Positions 48,053 through 57,903 of a stretch of DNA of 64,000 nt are shown here, piece after piece. Made by a program: the position numbers and the translations under genes. Every line of letters begins with the position of its first letter. The first letter of the stretch is position 1. Origin of the DNA: Candidatus Bathyarchaeota archaeon (GTDB taxonomy: Archaea > Thermoproteota > Bathyarchaeia > Bathyarchaeales > Bathycorpusculaceae); contig CAWHVC010000004.1 of the NCBI GenBank assembly GCA_963832745.1, positions 128,001 through 192,000 on the forward strand. Reading direction: 5' to 3'. Below the pieces are notes generated by a model, which did no database searches, was not told the origin of the DNA, and saw only the letters and a program-made list of their open reading frames with translations.

Positions 48053-48721
48053 TTGACCGTTTATTTATCAAGCATAGTTGGAAGCCCCAGCATAGGCGTG
48101 TACTCGCTGGCAACAGAAAACATAGTAATGATTCCACGTATGGTGCCCAAACAGAAGGCACAAGAATTTGCAGATTGGCTAAAGGTAAAATTAGCTTACA
48201 CAACGATTAGCGGCTCAGTTTTGACTGGTGCGCTCGCATGCGCAAACTCTAACGGCATGTTGGTTGCAAGTTCTATCCGAGAAGAAGAATTAACAGAAAT
48301 CCGCAGTGTTTTCGACGGCAACATAACTATTATGGAAACAAAAAAAACCGCTTACGGCAACCTAATTCTGGTAAATGACAAAGGAGCCGTAGCTGACCCA
48401 CGCCTTAAGGAGACTGAGGTTAAAAAAATTTCTGAAGCCCTTGGCGTGGAAGTGTTGCAGTCTGAAATCGCCGGGTTGCCTTATGTGGGTTCTTTAGCTT
48501 GCGTCACAAACAAGGGCATTCTAGCTCATCCCATGTTGAAAGATGAAGAACGCAAAATTCTCGAGCAAGCCCTCAAGGTGCCTGTTGACGTCGGCACAAT
48601 TAACTGTGGTATTCCATATGTCGGGACAGGCTTAATTGGGAACAGTACTGCAGCTGTTGCTGGCTCAATGACTACAGGTCCAGAAATGTTCATAATTGAA
48701 CATGCCTTGGATACCTTGTAA
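48053..48721 (+). CDS. eif6: Translation initiation factor 6 (aIF6)
   Basis: IGVY, NSNG.LV, GNLILVNDKGA, VGS....TNKG...HP, GTIN.G, TTGPE. Confidence 0.95.
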   Translation: MTVYLSSIVGSPSIGVYSLATENIVMIPRMVPKQKAQEFADWLKVKLAYTTISGSVLTGALACANSNGMLVASSIREEELTEIRSVFDGNITIMETKKTAYGNLILVNDKGAVADPRLKETEVKKISEALGVEVLQSEIAGLPYVGSLACVTNKGILAHPMLKDEERKILEQALKVPVDVGTINCGIPYVGTGLIGNSTAAVAGSMTTGPEMFIIEHALDTL

Positions 48722-48746
48722 AATACGCTAAGCCCTTGTTAAAGAA

Positions 48747-50618
48747 TCATTCTTTTTCTTTTGCAACTAAATTCTTTTTGAAGCCTAAAATAACCAGTAT
48801 AGTTAAGCTTGTTATTGCCAAAACAGATAGTAACACAATGATGATTGTTTGAGGTTGTGACGTGTTATTTTCTAGCGACGTCGAGTCGGTTGGGGCAACT
48901 ATTTGTGTTGGAATGCTTGTTGGTGTTGCCGTGGGTGTAGGTGTAATTTTTGGGGAGGCGGTCGGGGTTGAAGGTGGAGTTAGAGTTGGTTTAGGCGTTG
49001 CTGTGGGTTCAACGGTTGGAGTAGGTGACGGTATTGGCGTGGCTGTGGGAGTTGGACTTGTTGTAGGCGAAGGTGTTGGGGTTGGTGCAGGAAACGGCTC
49101 AGCTGTTTCTGTGTTTCCAAGATAACTTCTATTTGGCAATTCAGACACAAGCGTTTTCGAGTTAATGTTGTTCCAGTCGTCGGCGAAATTTACCTGCCAA
49201 ACGCCTATATTATTTAAATTATACTCGAAAATGTTTGTTCCAAGCATTGACAGGAAAGTTCCCGGTTTGGAAACGCTTAACGTTAATGTATGGGTTTCAA
49301 GATTTAAGCTACTAACTCCGCCATCAATTATGTTATTGATGTCTTGATATCTGTAATCCTGTAAAGGCACCGCTAAAGCACCAGTCACTGGAACGGTGGA
49401 TAGTTGCATTAACAAGACTGCTGCGTCTGCAGTAGCCTCAGTGCTGACTGAAGTGTCAGAAAGCATTTTGAACATTCCAGTTGTTTCATCATAAAGTTTG
49501 CTTTGCATGATTAAATTCCAAGCTGGGGCTGGACCGGTTGAACCGTCTAAGAGTGCTTGAATCTTGTTTTGCATATCACTTGTTAAGTTGCCGTAGAATC
49601 CGAGCATGGCTGCCCAGGAATTTATTGTGTTTTCAAGTCTTTGCTGTGAATTTTCTGTTGCATGCACAACAACGTAGTCTGCCCATTGAGGGCTGTTCCA
49701 TCCGTTGCTTAATGCTCTGGTTTCCATGTCAACGAAAAGATTCTCTACATTAGGGATTGATGAGTCATATTGGTAAAATTTCCAAATAATCTGGTCGAAT
49801 GCGCCTGCTTCGCATTCAAAAGTGTTCCACTTGTTGGCGTATTTGTAGAAGCTTCCGCTGGAACTATTAACCCAAAGATTGGCGTTTTCCCAATTCCACC
49901 AATGTTTAGCCTGCGTTAATCCATCCTCTATACCCAACAACCAAAAATTAAGATACATATCTATTGTTTGTGCACATTCATCATAATATCTGGGTCCATA
50001 TTTAATTCCCCAACCAACGCCGTTGGACCCAACACAAAGGACTGGTTTGCCGTAAGCAGTAACACTATCATTAAACACAGCGTACGCTTCTGAGATGTTC
50101 CATTTTGATGTCTGATAATTTAATTGTTCAGCCCATTGGTATGCGTTTAGGACATATCGATTGTATACCATGAAGGAAGCAGTCTCTCCGTTTAAGTAAT
50201 CAAAGGGTAAACCGCCGATATTTGGTAACATTGTTACTGCGTCTAACGCTGCTTCTATTGTAGTACTATTGATGCTAACCCCTAACTTGTTTAACTGAAT
50301 ATACCAGTAAAACACTGATTCAGCAGCAGAAGTAGATGAGACATTTATAGAGTCAACCGCTTGTTGAAGTTGTGCCACCGTAGTTTTACCCAAAACAATG
50401 CCGTCATATATTGTTTGCAGACTACTATTCCAGCCGCCATTGGCTTCAATTTTGCTTTCTAAAACAGAAATTGCAGACGATGAACCTTCCGATTGAGTTG
50501 AATAGTTAGTTGTCTGTCCACTAGCAAAGCTTGTTGTTCCAACAAAACAGCTAAGAATCAAGACGGCTGTAAGTTTTACTGTCGTAATTTGCAGTAATTT
50601 GGAAACTTGAGTCTGCAT
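48747..50618 (-). CDS. Secreted surface protein with Pro/Thr linker and C-terminal TM anchor
   Basis: Signal peptide, Trp/Tyr/Asn-rich body (RYYDE, FECEAG), (PT)n linker, TM plus basic tail. Confidence 0.8.
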   Translation of the reverse strand: MQTQVSKLLQITTVKLTAVLILSCFVGTTSFASGQTTNYSTQSEGSSSAISVLESKIEANGGWNSSLQTIYDGIVLGKTTVAQLQQAVDSINVSSTSAAESVFYWYIQLNKLGVSINSTTIEAALDAVTMLPNIGGLPFDYLNGETASFMVYNRYVLNAYQWAEQLNYQTSKWNISEAYAVFNDSVTAYGKPVLCVGSNGVGWGIKYGPRYYDECAQTIDMYLNFWLLGIEDGLTQAKHWWNWENANLWVNSSSGSFYKYANKWNTFECEAGAFDQIIWKFYQYDSSIPNVENLFVDMETRALSNGWNSPQWADYVVVHATENSQQRLENTINSWAAMLGFYGNLTSDMQNKIQALLDGSTGPAPAWNLIMQSKLYDETTGMFKMLSDTSVSTEATADAAVLLMQLSTVPVTGALAVPLQDYRYQDINNIIDGGVSSLNLETHTLTLSVSKPGTFLSMLGTNIFEYNLNNIGVWQVNFADDWNNINSKTLVSELPNRSYLGNTETAEPFPAPTPTPSPTTSPTPTATPIPSPTPTVEPTATPKPTLTPPSTPTASPKITPTPTATPTSIPTQIVAPTDSTSLENNTSQPQTIIIVLLSVLAITSLTILVILGFKKNLVAKEKE

Positions 50619-50884
50619 TTTATGGAAGCAACGTTTAACCTTTATTTAAGTTTGCGTTTTTTTGTCTATAAAAGGCATTGTTTGTTATATTTGCAGATAA
50701 ATAATCTATTGGATTAGACAGACAAGTGCTAACTTGATCAAAAATTCATGTGAGTGGCTTAAAGAACTTCAGATAGAGGTGTCTCTTATTTATTTTTGTT
50801 AGTTTGCTACAAATTAGAGTAACTTTTACTGTGAATATGTTTATAATTGGGAATGCATTGGATGTTGTGCAGGAAGTAAAATAA

Positions 50885-51112
50885 ATGAAGGTTTTCAGAG
50901 TAACCGGCGAAATAAACAAGCCTAACTTGGCAACACCGTTCGCTAAAGAAATCTTAGCAGAAAAAAGCGAACATGCCGTAGAAAAAGTCTACGCAGAGAT
51001 AGGCAGCAAACACCGCGTAAAAAGATATCACATAAAAATTTCAGGTTCAACCGAAGTTCCAGTAGACGAAATCGAAAATGATGTCCTTAAGAAAATAGTT
51101 CTTGGGGAGTAA
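50885..51112 (+). CDS. rplX: 50S ribosomal protein LX/L18Ae
   Basis: MKVFRVTG, F.KEI.A, A.EKVY..IGSKHRVKR..I.I. Confidence 0.93.
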   Translation: MKVFRVTGEINKPNLATPFAKEILAEKSEHAVEKVYAEIGSKHRVKRYHIKISGSTEVPVDEIENDVLKKIVLGE

Positions 51113-51117
51113 AGTTT

Positions 51118-51558
51118 TTGGCAGCTAGAAGCAGTCAAGAAGAAGAACTTCGTCGATTAAGCGTAGAAATGCGTTACTTGGAACAGACAGCTGAGACTCT
51201 GCAACAGCGAATCAGCATGATAAATGCTGCATTAACTGACTTAACATATGCCAACTTAACCCTTGAAGGCATTGAGCAGGAAAGAGAAAACGCTGAAATG
51301 CTTGTGCCAATCGGTGGAAGCTCTTATGTGAAAGTAAAACTTGCAAACCCCGACAACGTAATTGTTGGGTTAGGTGCAGGTGTTTCTGTAGAGAAAACTG
51401 TGGCTGACGCAAAAGCTACAATGAAAGAACGGTTGGATGAGCTTGAAAAAACAATGAATTCTGCTCAAACACAATTCTCTCAGGTAGCTGAACGTATAAA
51501 CTCTAGCCGCGGCAGAATGGAAAGTTTACTTGCCAACGTAAGAGAAGGGAAAGCTTGA
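51118..51558 (+). CDS. pfdA: Prefoldin subunit alpha
   Basis: Coiled coils flanking EMLVPIGGSSYV...VIVGLGAGVSVEK. Confidence 0.95.
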   Translation: MAARSSQEEELRRLSVEMRYLEQTAETLQQRISMINAALTDLTYANLTLEGIEQERENAEMLVPIGGSSYVKVKLANPDNVIVGLGAGVSVEKTVADAKATMKERLDELEKTMNSAQTQFSQVAERINSSRGRMESLLANVREGKA

Positions 51559-51562
51559 GCGT

Positions 51563-52468
51563 ATGTTTGATAAGCTCAAGTCCGGCTTTAAAGGTCTAGT
51601 TTCAAAAGTAACAACGACTGAGCTTAAAGCAGATAACCTTAACCCTATTTTATCCGATTTTAAAATGAGTTTAGCCGAAAACGATGTAGCTTTTCCAGTT
51701 GCAGATAAAATCTGTGATGAACTAGAAAAGCGTCTTACAGGTGCTCCGATTAAACGGTTGGACGACCGTAAAAAACTTGTCGAAGACAACCTGCGGCAGG
51801 TTTTACTGGATGTTTTGGAGACTGACAACCGTATTGACCTGCTGGAAATGATTGCAGAAAAACGTAAAAAATCTGAACCGTTCGTTTTGATGTTTGTCGG
51901 AATTAACGGTACAGGAAAAACAACTACAATCGCCAAAGTTGCCCAGTTCCTACGTGAAAAAGGTTACTCGGTAGTTTTAGCAGGCGCAGACACTTACAGG
52001 GCAGGCTCCATTGAGCAACTTGAAGAGCACGGACGACGTTTAGGTATACGTGTAATTAAGCACACTTATGGGGCAGACCCAGCCGCGGTAGCTTTTGACA
52101 CAATCAGCCACGCTAAAGCCCATGGAATAAACGTGGTACTAATCGACACAGCCGGAAGAATGCAGACTAACCAGAACCTTATGAATGAACTTATCAAAGT
52201 CAAACGTGTTGTGAAGCCAGACTTGGTGATTTTCACGGTTGACTCTTTAATTGGCAACGACGCGGTAATGCAGGCGGAAGAATTCAACAGGGCAATAGGA
52301 ATTGACGCAACAATTCTGACAAAAGTTGATGCTGACGTTAAAGGTGGTTCATCTTTGAGCGTGACTTATGTTACCCAAAAACCAATATTGTTTATTGGGG
52401 TAGGTCAATCGTATAAGGATTTGGAGCTTTTTGACCCAGAAAAATTCGTCAAAATGATACTCCGATAA
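51563..52468 (+). CDS. ftsY: SRP receptor FtsY
   Basis: GINGTGKTTTIAK, DTYRAG, DTAGR, TKVD...KGG, GVGQ.Y.DL. Confidence 0.97.
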   Translation: MFDKLKSGFKGLVSKVTTTELKADNLNPILSDFKMSLAENDVAFPVADKICDELEKRLTGAPIKRLDDRKKLVEDNLRQVLLDVLETDNRIDLLEMIAEKRKKSEPFVLMFVGINGTGKTTTIAKVAQFLREKGYSVVLAGADTYRAGSIEQLEEHGRRLGIRVIKHTYGADPAAVAFDTISHAKAHGINVVLIDTAGRMQTNQNLMNELIKVKRVVKPDLVIFTVDSLIGNDAVMQAEEFNRAIGIDATILTKVDADVKGGSSLSVTYVTQKPILFIGVGQSYKDLELFDPEKFVKMILR

Positions 52469-52590
52469 CCCTATTTTTTGTGTTTAGCCTTTTTGATTAT
52501 ATGGCAAGAAAATCTGCTGTTGCTGTCAACTTTATGGGTCAACTTGTTAGCTGAATTAACGGAACTGTCAGTTCAGGCTAAACATGTGTG

Positions 52591-52956
52591 TTATGGTTCT
52601 TCTATGTCGGCTAGTTCAAAACGGATTTTTGTTGGATAAATCCAGTAGGCGTTGATGAAGTCATCGATTTTTTGGTCAACATCTAAGACTTCAAAAAAGT
52701 TGGTAAACTCGCTGTCAACATCTTCAACGCTTGTAGAAGAATAAACTTTCAGGTCAACCAGGTACTCTTTTTCTGGTGATAAGCTTTCAAGGACATCTTT
52801 TTCTTTAACTTCAATGGTGAATGGTAGATTGGTTAAAACATCTAAAACCGCCATTTTATGAACGTTAACGTTTTTAGCTTTAACAATTACTAATCTACGG
52901 TCTGTTACACGATAATTCCATTCAGCAGAATCCGAGCGACTCCAAGAAGCAGACAT
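52591..52956 (-). CDS. Hypothetical acidic protein
   Basis: 121-aa ATG-initiated ORF filling an intergenic gap; no recognised motif. Confidence 0.6.
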   Translation of the reverse strand: MSASWSRSDSAEWNYRVTDRRLVIVKAKNVNVHKMAVLDVLTNLPFTIEVKEKDVLESLSPEKEYLVDLKVYSSTSVEDVDSEFTNFFEVLDVDQKIDDFINAYWIYPTKIRFELADIEEP

Positions 52957-53056
52957 ATTATTCCCTGCTGTTAACTATTCTTTTCAAAGGCATAAAAATG
53001 TGTGGTTGCCTAGCAACAGTCACATAGCCAGAAAAGCCCAACCCTGCTTATTTTAG

Positions 53057-53542
53057 ATGGTGACTTCTTTGAAGAGAGTATACGCTCTCTTTTTTGGATT
53101 GTTAACTGTCTTGTTTTTTGTGTTGATGTCAAAAATCGATTACATTGTACACGCTACCCTGTACGAGTATGGCCTCACTTTTTCTTATGACTGGGCAAAC
53201 ACTTACTGGCTAACATACAACTTGGTCTTCTTAGCCTTTGCATTAACCATGGCATTCTGCTATTACGTCGGTTCCCAAAAAAGCTTTCAAAATAAAAAAG
53301 TTGCACTTGCAATTTTTGCTTCAATTAATGTGCTTGCAGTTTGTGGATTCCAGGATGTACTGTTTTTTGTTTTATGGTCTGGCAGCCTGCCGCCGGGAAC
53401 GCTGGTTTGGTGGTGGTCAATGTGGGCGCCTGTTTTTGGAACCTGGAACAGTCAACTTCAAGTTGCCCTAACAGGTTTAGGTTTCGCATGCGTTACCGCA
53501 ACATGGATACTAACTTTGTACAAGAAAAAACCGGTTTTATAG
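53057..53542 (+). CDS. Hypothetical membrane protein
   Basis: About four TM segments. Shares ID.IV...LY.Y.L.FS.DWAN.Y with 36222-36872. Confidence 0.75.
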   Translation: MVTSLKRVYALFFGLLTVLFFVLMSKIDYIVHATLYEYGLTFSYDWANTYWLTYNLVFLAFALTMAFCYYVGSQKSFQNKKVALAIFASINVLAVCGFQDVLFFVLWSGSLPPGTLVWWWSMWAPVFGTWNSQLQVALTGLGFACVTATWILTLYKKKPVL

Positions 53543-53572
53543 ATTAAAAAAGAGAAAGCCCAAAAAAATGGG

Positions 53573-55012
53573 TTATCTTATTTGGCGGTCTAGTAGGTTT
53601 CCGTTTGCGTCAAACAGTTTAACATCAAGTGCCATTTGGCCAACTGCGTGTGTTGCACAGCTTAAGCATGGGTCAAACGCGCGTATGACTGCTTCTACAC
53701 GGTTAAGCATGCCTTCTTGCAAGTGTTGTGCTTTAACATATTTTTTGGCTACTTGAGTGACCGCCATGTTATAGGCAATGTTGTTGTGTTCTGTCGCGAT
53801 GACCATGTTGTTCCATGTAATTCTGCCTTGTGGGTCAACTTTGTAGTGGTGAATCAATGTGCCTCTTGGTGCTTCGGCGACGCCTACGCCTTCGTAATTG
53901 TTAACCATTGCTCTTGATGTGACATGTTCAGAGAGAATTTCTGGGTCTTCCAGCAGTTTCTTGGCTGTTTCAATGCAGAACAATGTTTCAATTAGTCTAG
54001 CGTAATGATATTGGAACGTGCTTTGGACTACACCGTTTTTGCCTAGCTTCTTGAAGTTTTTGAGTTCTTCATCGGCTAATGGTGTTCCGCAATGTGTTGC
54101 AACGTTTAGCCGTGCTAATGGTCCAACACGGTATGCCCCGTCTGGGTAGCCGATTGCTTTGAAGTAGGGGAATTTCATGAATGTCCATGGCTCTACTGCT
54201 TCGCCGATAAACTCTTGGTACCTTAGGGGGTCAACGCATTCAGCTGCTATGACGCCGTCTTTATCCATTATACGCAGTTTGCCGTCATAATGCTCCAAGC
54301 CGCCGTCAGGTGTAACCAGTCCCATGTAGTAACTGGGAAAATTGCCAAAGTTCTCAACTTCCTCGTCGAAACCATCAAGCATCTGCTTATACCTTGCTAA
54401 CGTGTTCTGGGTAATTTCTAACGCTTCTGGCAACTTGTTTTGTAGGTAATCGGCGCGTTCTTTTGTTAATGGCCATTTTGCGCCTCCAGGCTGGATCCAG
54501 TCGCTTGAATGGATACGTTTACCTGCAACTTTCTCGATGAGTTCTTGTCCGAAACGCCGTAGTTTTATGCCTTGCATTGCTATGTCTGGCTGTTTTTCTA
54601 TTAAGCCGAAGATGTTTCTTTTTGCTGGGTCTGAGTCGAAGCCGAGCAGTAAGTCTGGTGAGGATAAATGGAAGAAGTTTAGTGCGTGTGACTGGATAAG
54701 TTGTCCCATGTGCATTAATCGTCGAAGCATGATTGTGGTTTTTGGTGGTGTTAAGCCAACTATGGCGTCGCAGGCTTTGGCGGATGCGAGCAGGTGGCTT
54801 ACGGGACATATTCCGCAGGAACGACTGGTTATTGCTGGCATTTCATAGTATGGTCTGCCTTCAGTGAATTTTTCAAAGCCTCGAAAGTCTACGACTTTGA
54901 ATTGTGCTTCTTTTACTGTGTCATCTGGGTTTAACAATATGTTTACTTGAGCGTGCCCTTCGATACGTGTGACTGGGCTGATTACAATTTTCTTTTCTGG
55001 TGTTTTATCCAT
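53573..55012 (-). CDS. hoxH: [NiFe]-hydrogenase large subunit, bidirectional (group 3d-like)
   Basis: TRIEGH, L1 RSCGICPVSH, EAPRGTLIHHY, L2 DPCLSCATH plus a cleavable C-terminal extension. Confidence 0.92.
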   Translation of the reverse strand: MDKTPEKKIVISPVTRIEGHAQVNILLNPDDTVKEAQFKVVDFRGFEKFTEGRPYYEMPAITSRSCGICPVSHLLASAKACDAIVGLTPPKTTIMLRRLMHMGQLIQSHALNFFHLSSPDLLLGFDSDPAKRNIFGLIEKQPDIAMQGIKLRRFGQELIEKVAGKRIHSSDWIQPGGAKWPLTKERADYLQNKLPEALEITQNTLARYKQMLDGFDEEVENFGNFPSYYMGLVTPDGGLEHYDGKLRIMDKDGVIAAECVDPLRYQEFIGEAVEPWTFMKFPYFKAIGYPDGAYRVGPLARLNVATHCGTPLADEELKNFKKLGKNGVVQSTFQYHYARLIETLFCIETAKKLLEDPEILSEHVTSRAMVNNYEGVGVAEAPRGTLIHHYKVDPQGRITWNNMVIATEHNNIAYNMAVTQVAKKYVKAQHLQEGMLNRVEAVIRAFDPCLSCATHAVGQMALDVKLFDANGNLLDRQIR

Positions 55013-55547
55013 ATCTTGCTCTGCCCTCCATGCTGGGTGCCCTGCCTGACAGCAGTTCTGTTAAGACGTAATGTATCAGGTCTGCTGATGGTGGGCATCC
55101 TGGAATGTAGAAATCAACTTTAACAATTTCGTGTAGCGGTCTGGCTTTGATAAGCAGTTTAGGTACCATGTTTGGAACTGCAGCGTTTAAATCTTCAGGA
55201 GCTTTGTAAGCGCGTTCCAAAACTTCAGTGTCACTGTTATCCCAAGAATTTCTAAGTGCTGTAACGTTGCCAGTGACTGCGCAGTCCCCAAGCGAAATCA
55301 AAACACGGGTTCTTGACCGCACCTTTTTTAGCATTTCAAGCTGTTCCTCATTTGCTATTGCACCTTCAATGAGTGTCACGTCAACGTTTTCAGGGAACTC
55401 TTTAACGTCCGCTATTGGACTGTAGACAAGATGAATACTTTTTGCTAAATCAATTAGTCTCTCATCTTGGTCAAGGAAGGACATGTGGCATCCTGAGCAA
55501 CCGCTAAGCCAAACTGTTGCAACTCTCGCTTTTCTTTTTGTGGTCAT
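55005..55547 (-). CDS. hoxY: [NiFe]-hydrogenase small subunit
   Basis: WLSGCSGCHMSFLD, GDCAVTGNV, IPGCPP; short single-cluster form. Confidence 0.92.
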   Translation of the reverse strand: MTTKRKARVATVWLSGCSGCHMSFLDQDERLIDLAKSIHLVYSPIADVKEFPENVDVTLIEGAIANEEQLEMLKKVRSRTRVLISLGDCAVTGNVTALRNSWDNSDTEVLERAYKAPEDLNAAVPNMVPKLLIKARPLHEIVKVDFYIPGCPPSADLIHYVLTELLSGRAPSMEGRARYG

Positions 55548-56254
55548 TTACGGTTTCTCCTTTCAGTGATGAATTCGGCAACGTCACGGTTTTTGGTTTG
55601 AGTGATTGGTTCGCCTTCAATATAGATGGCTCCGACTGGGCAGACTTTGGCGCATTTGCGGCAACTTGTACAGCTGCAAGAGTTGCCCCATGACTCGTTC
55701 AAATCCATAATTACTTCTGTGTCTTTGCCGCGAAGCTTTAAGTCAAGCGTGTGGACTCCTTCAATTTGGTCGCAAACGCGGATGCAACGTGTACAAAGTA
55801 TGCAACGGTTTCTGTCAATAACCAAAAAGTCATGTGATGAATCAATGACGTCACGGGTAAAGTTGCGTTCAAACATTACATGGTCAACACCCAACTGATT
55901 GGCAAGAGCTTGTAGTTCACAGTGGTCGTTGGCAACGCAGACAGAACAGATATGTACCCTTTCAGCCATGAGCATTTGAATTGCCATTCTACGGTAATCT
56001 TTTAGGCGTTCAGAGTTGGTGGTGATTTCCATGCCGGGGCTAACTGGAGTGGTGCAGGCAGGAAACAGTTTTGGTGTACCTGTAACTTCTACTAGGCACA
56101 GCCGGCAACCGCCATACGGAGTTAACCCTTCTAGGTTGCAGAGTGTGGGAATTAGGATTCCGTTGTCTTTGGCTGCTTTTAGGATGGTTGTGCCTTCAGG
56201 AACGGAAACTTGAACGCCGTCAATTTTTAGGGATACCCTGGGATTTATGCTCAT
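55544..56254 (-). CDS. hoxU: Diaphorase Fe-S subunit
   Basis: IPTLC, GGCRLCLVE, HICSVCVAN..CELQ, CILCTRCIRVC, CTSCRKCAKVCP. Confidence 0.92.
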   Translation of the reverse strand: MSINPRVSLKIDGVQVSVPEGTTILKAAKDNGILIPTLCNLEGLTPYGGCRLCLVEVTGTPKLFPACTTPVSPGMEITTNSERLKDYRRMAIQMLMAERVHICSVCVANDHCELQALANQLGVDHVMFERNFTRDVIDSSHDFLVIDRNRCILCTRCIRVCDQIEGVHTLDLKLRGKDTEVIMDLNESWGNSCSCTSCRKCAKVCPVGAIYIEGEPITQTKNRDVAEFITERRNRK

Positions 56255-56256
56255 TT

Positions 56257-57903
56257 TTACTCCTCCGCTTTTTTGTCTTTAAAGCAGACGCCTGCCCTGC
56301 ATTTTTTATCCACGATATGTTCGATGTATTCTTCTTTGAAGTACCTTAGCGTGGTTAGAATTGGGTTGGGTGCTGTTTGTCCTAGACCGCACAGGCTGGC
56401 GTTACTGATATAATCGCTTGATTTTTCTAAAATGTCAATGTCACTTAATTCGCCGTTCCCTTGTGTGATTTTATCGAAAATTTCTTTAACACGTGCAAGT
56501 CCTGCCCTGCAGGGAGTGCATTTGCCGCAGGATTCGTCAATGCAGAAATCGGTGAAGAAGCGGGCTGTATCTACCATGCATGAATCCTCGTTAAGTACTA
56601 CGATGCCGCCTGAACCCATAATTGCGCCTACTTTCTTTAATGAGTCGTAATCGATGGGTGCCTCTAGTAGTGTTTCTGGTAAGCAGCCGCCTGATGGGCC
56701 TCCGACGAGTACGGATTTGAATTTTTTGCCGTTTGGCATGCCGCCGCCTATGTCGTAGACTATTTCACGTAGGGTTATGCCCATGGGGACTTCAATTAAG
56801 CCTGGGTTGTTGATTTCGCCTGTTAAAGAGAAGCATTTTGTGCCCGTGCAGTTGGGTAAACCAAAACTTTTGAACCATGCCCAACCGTTCAAAATGATAA
56901 GTGGCGTGTTAGCTAATGTTTCAACGTTTTGAATCAATGTAGGCTGTTTCCATAAACCCTGGTTTGCTGGGTATGGTGGTCGAGGACGCGGTTGAGCTCT
57001 GCGGCCTTCAACTGACGCAAGAATCGCTGTTTCTTCTCCAGCAACAAAAGCGCCTGCGCCGAAGCGTAATTCAAGGTCAAACTTGAACTGTGTTTCAAGA
57101 ATGTTATCCCCTAAAAGGTTCATGGCTTTAGCTTGGGCGATGGCTTTCTGCAGCGTTTGAATAGCTAACGGGTATTCTGAACGGATGTAAATGTAACCTT
57201 TTTGTGCGCCAATCGCGTAGCCGGCAATCAGCATGCCCTCGATAATTGCGTGTGGGTCAGCTTCTGCAAGTGTTCGGTTTGCGAAAACACCTGGGTCACC
57301 TTCGTCAAGGTTTGCTACAATGTATTTTGGTGTATCGTGTGCCCGTGCGACTAGGTTCCATTTTTGTCCTGTTGGGAAACCTGCGCCACCTCTTCCGCGT
57401 AGTCCGCTGCTGGTGACTTCGTAAATTACTCCTTGTGGCGTCATAGTTGCAAGGCATTTTGCAAGTGCCGCGTAGCCGCCTGCCGAAATGTAGTCTTGTA
57501 TTCTGGTTGGGTCAATTTTGCCTGCGTTTCTAAGCACTAGACGTTGCTGTTTTTGGAAGTAGCCGTCATTATTGTATAGCATGCTTTTGACGGGTAATCC
57601 TAACACGATGTGGTCGCGTACGATTTCGCGGACGTTTTCAGGTTTGACACTTTGATACAGGTGGTCGCCTGGTTCGATAAGTACCGCTGGGCCAACAGAG
57701 CATGTGCCAATGCATCCTGTTCTGGCGACTTTGCATATGTTTTCCACGCCGAACTCTTTTACCGCATCTTCAAAGGCTTTAAGCACTTTAAGTGCGCCAA
57801 AGGGTACACAGCCGCTTGAGCAGCAAACGTTAATGCGGTACTTGTAGGCTCTTTGGAATTCTGTTTCTTGTTCTGCAATTTTTTGTATGTCAGACAGTTT
57901 CGT
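56257..57903 (-). CDS. hoxF: Diaphorase flavoprotein subunit (NuoF-like); frame extends to an ACG at 57903
   Basis: GLRGRGGAGFPTG, DEGDPG, GAFVAGEETA, ESCGKCTPCR, LCGLGQTAPN. The 39 codons upstream of GTG 57786 contain CCSSGC. Confidence 0.9.
   Translation of the reverse strand, partial: TKLSDIQKIAEQETEFQRAYKYRINVCCSSGCVPFGALKVLKAFEDAVKEFGVENICKVARTGCIGTCSVGPAVLIEPGDHLYQSVKPENVREIVRDHIVLGLPVKSMLYNNDGYFQKQQRLVLRNAGKIDPTRIQDYISAGGYAALAKCLATMTPQGVIYEVTSSGLRGRGGAGFPTGQKWNLVARAHDTPKYIVANLDEGDPGVFANRTLAEADPHAIIEGMLIAGYAIGAQKGYIYIRSEYPLAIQTLQKAIAQAKAMNLLGDNILETQFKFDLELRFGAGAFVAGEETAILASVEGRRAQPRPRPPYPANQGLWKQPTLIQNVETLANTPLIILNGWAWFKSFGLPNCTGTKCFSLTGEINNPGLIEVPMGITLREIVYDIGGGMPNGKKFKSVLVGGPSGGCLPETLLEAPIDYDSLKKVGAIMGSGGIVVLNEDSCMVDTARFFTDFCIDESCGKCTPCRAGLARVKEIFDKITQGNGELSDIDILEKSSDYISNASLCGLGQTAPNPILTTLRYFKEEYIEHIVDKKCRAGVCFKDKKAEE

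Noticed and set aside
48860-49125. Val/Gly-rich plus-strand ORF and GT-rich repeats
   Set aside because: Antisense shadow of the Pro/Thr linker of the 623-aa protein.
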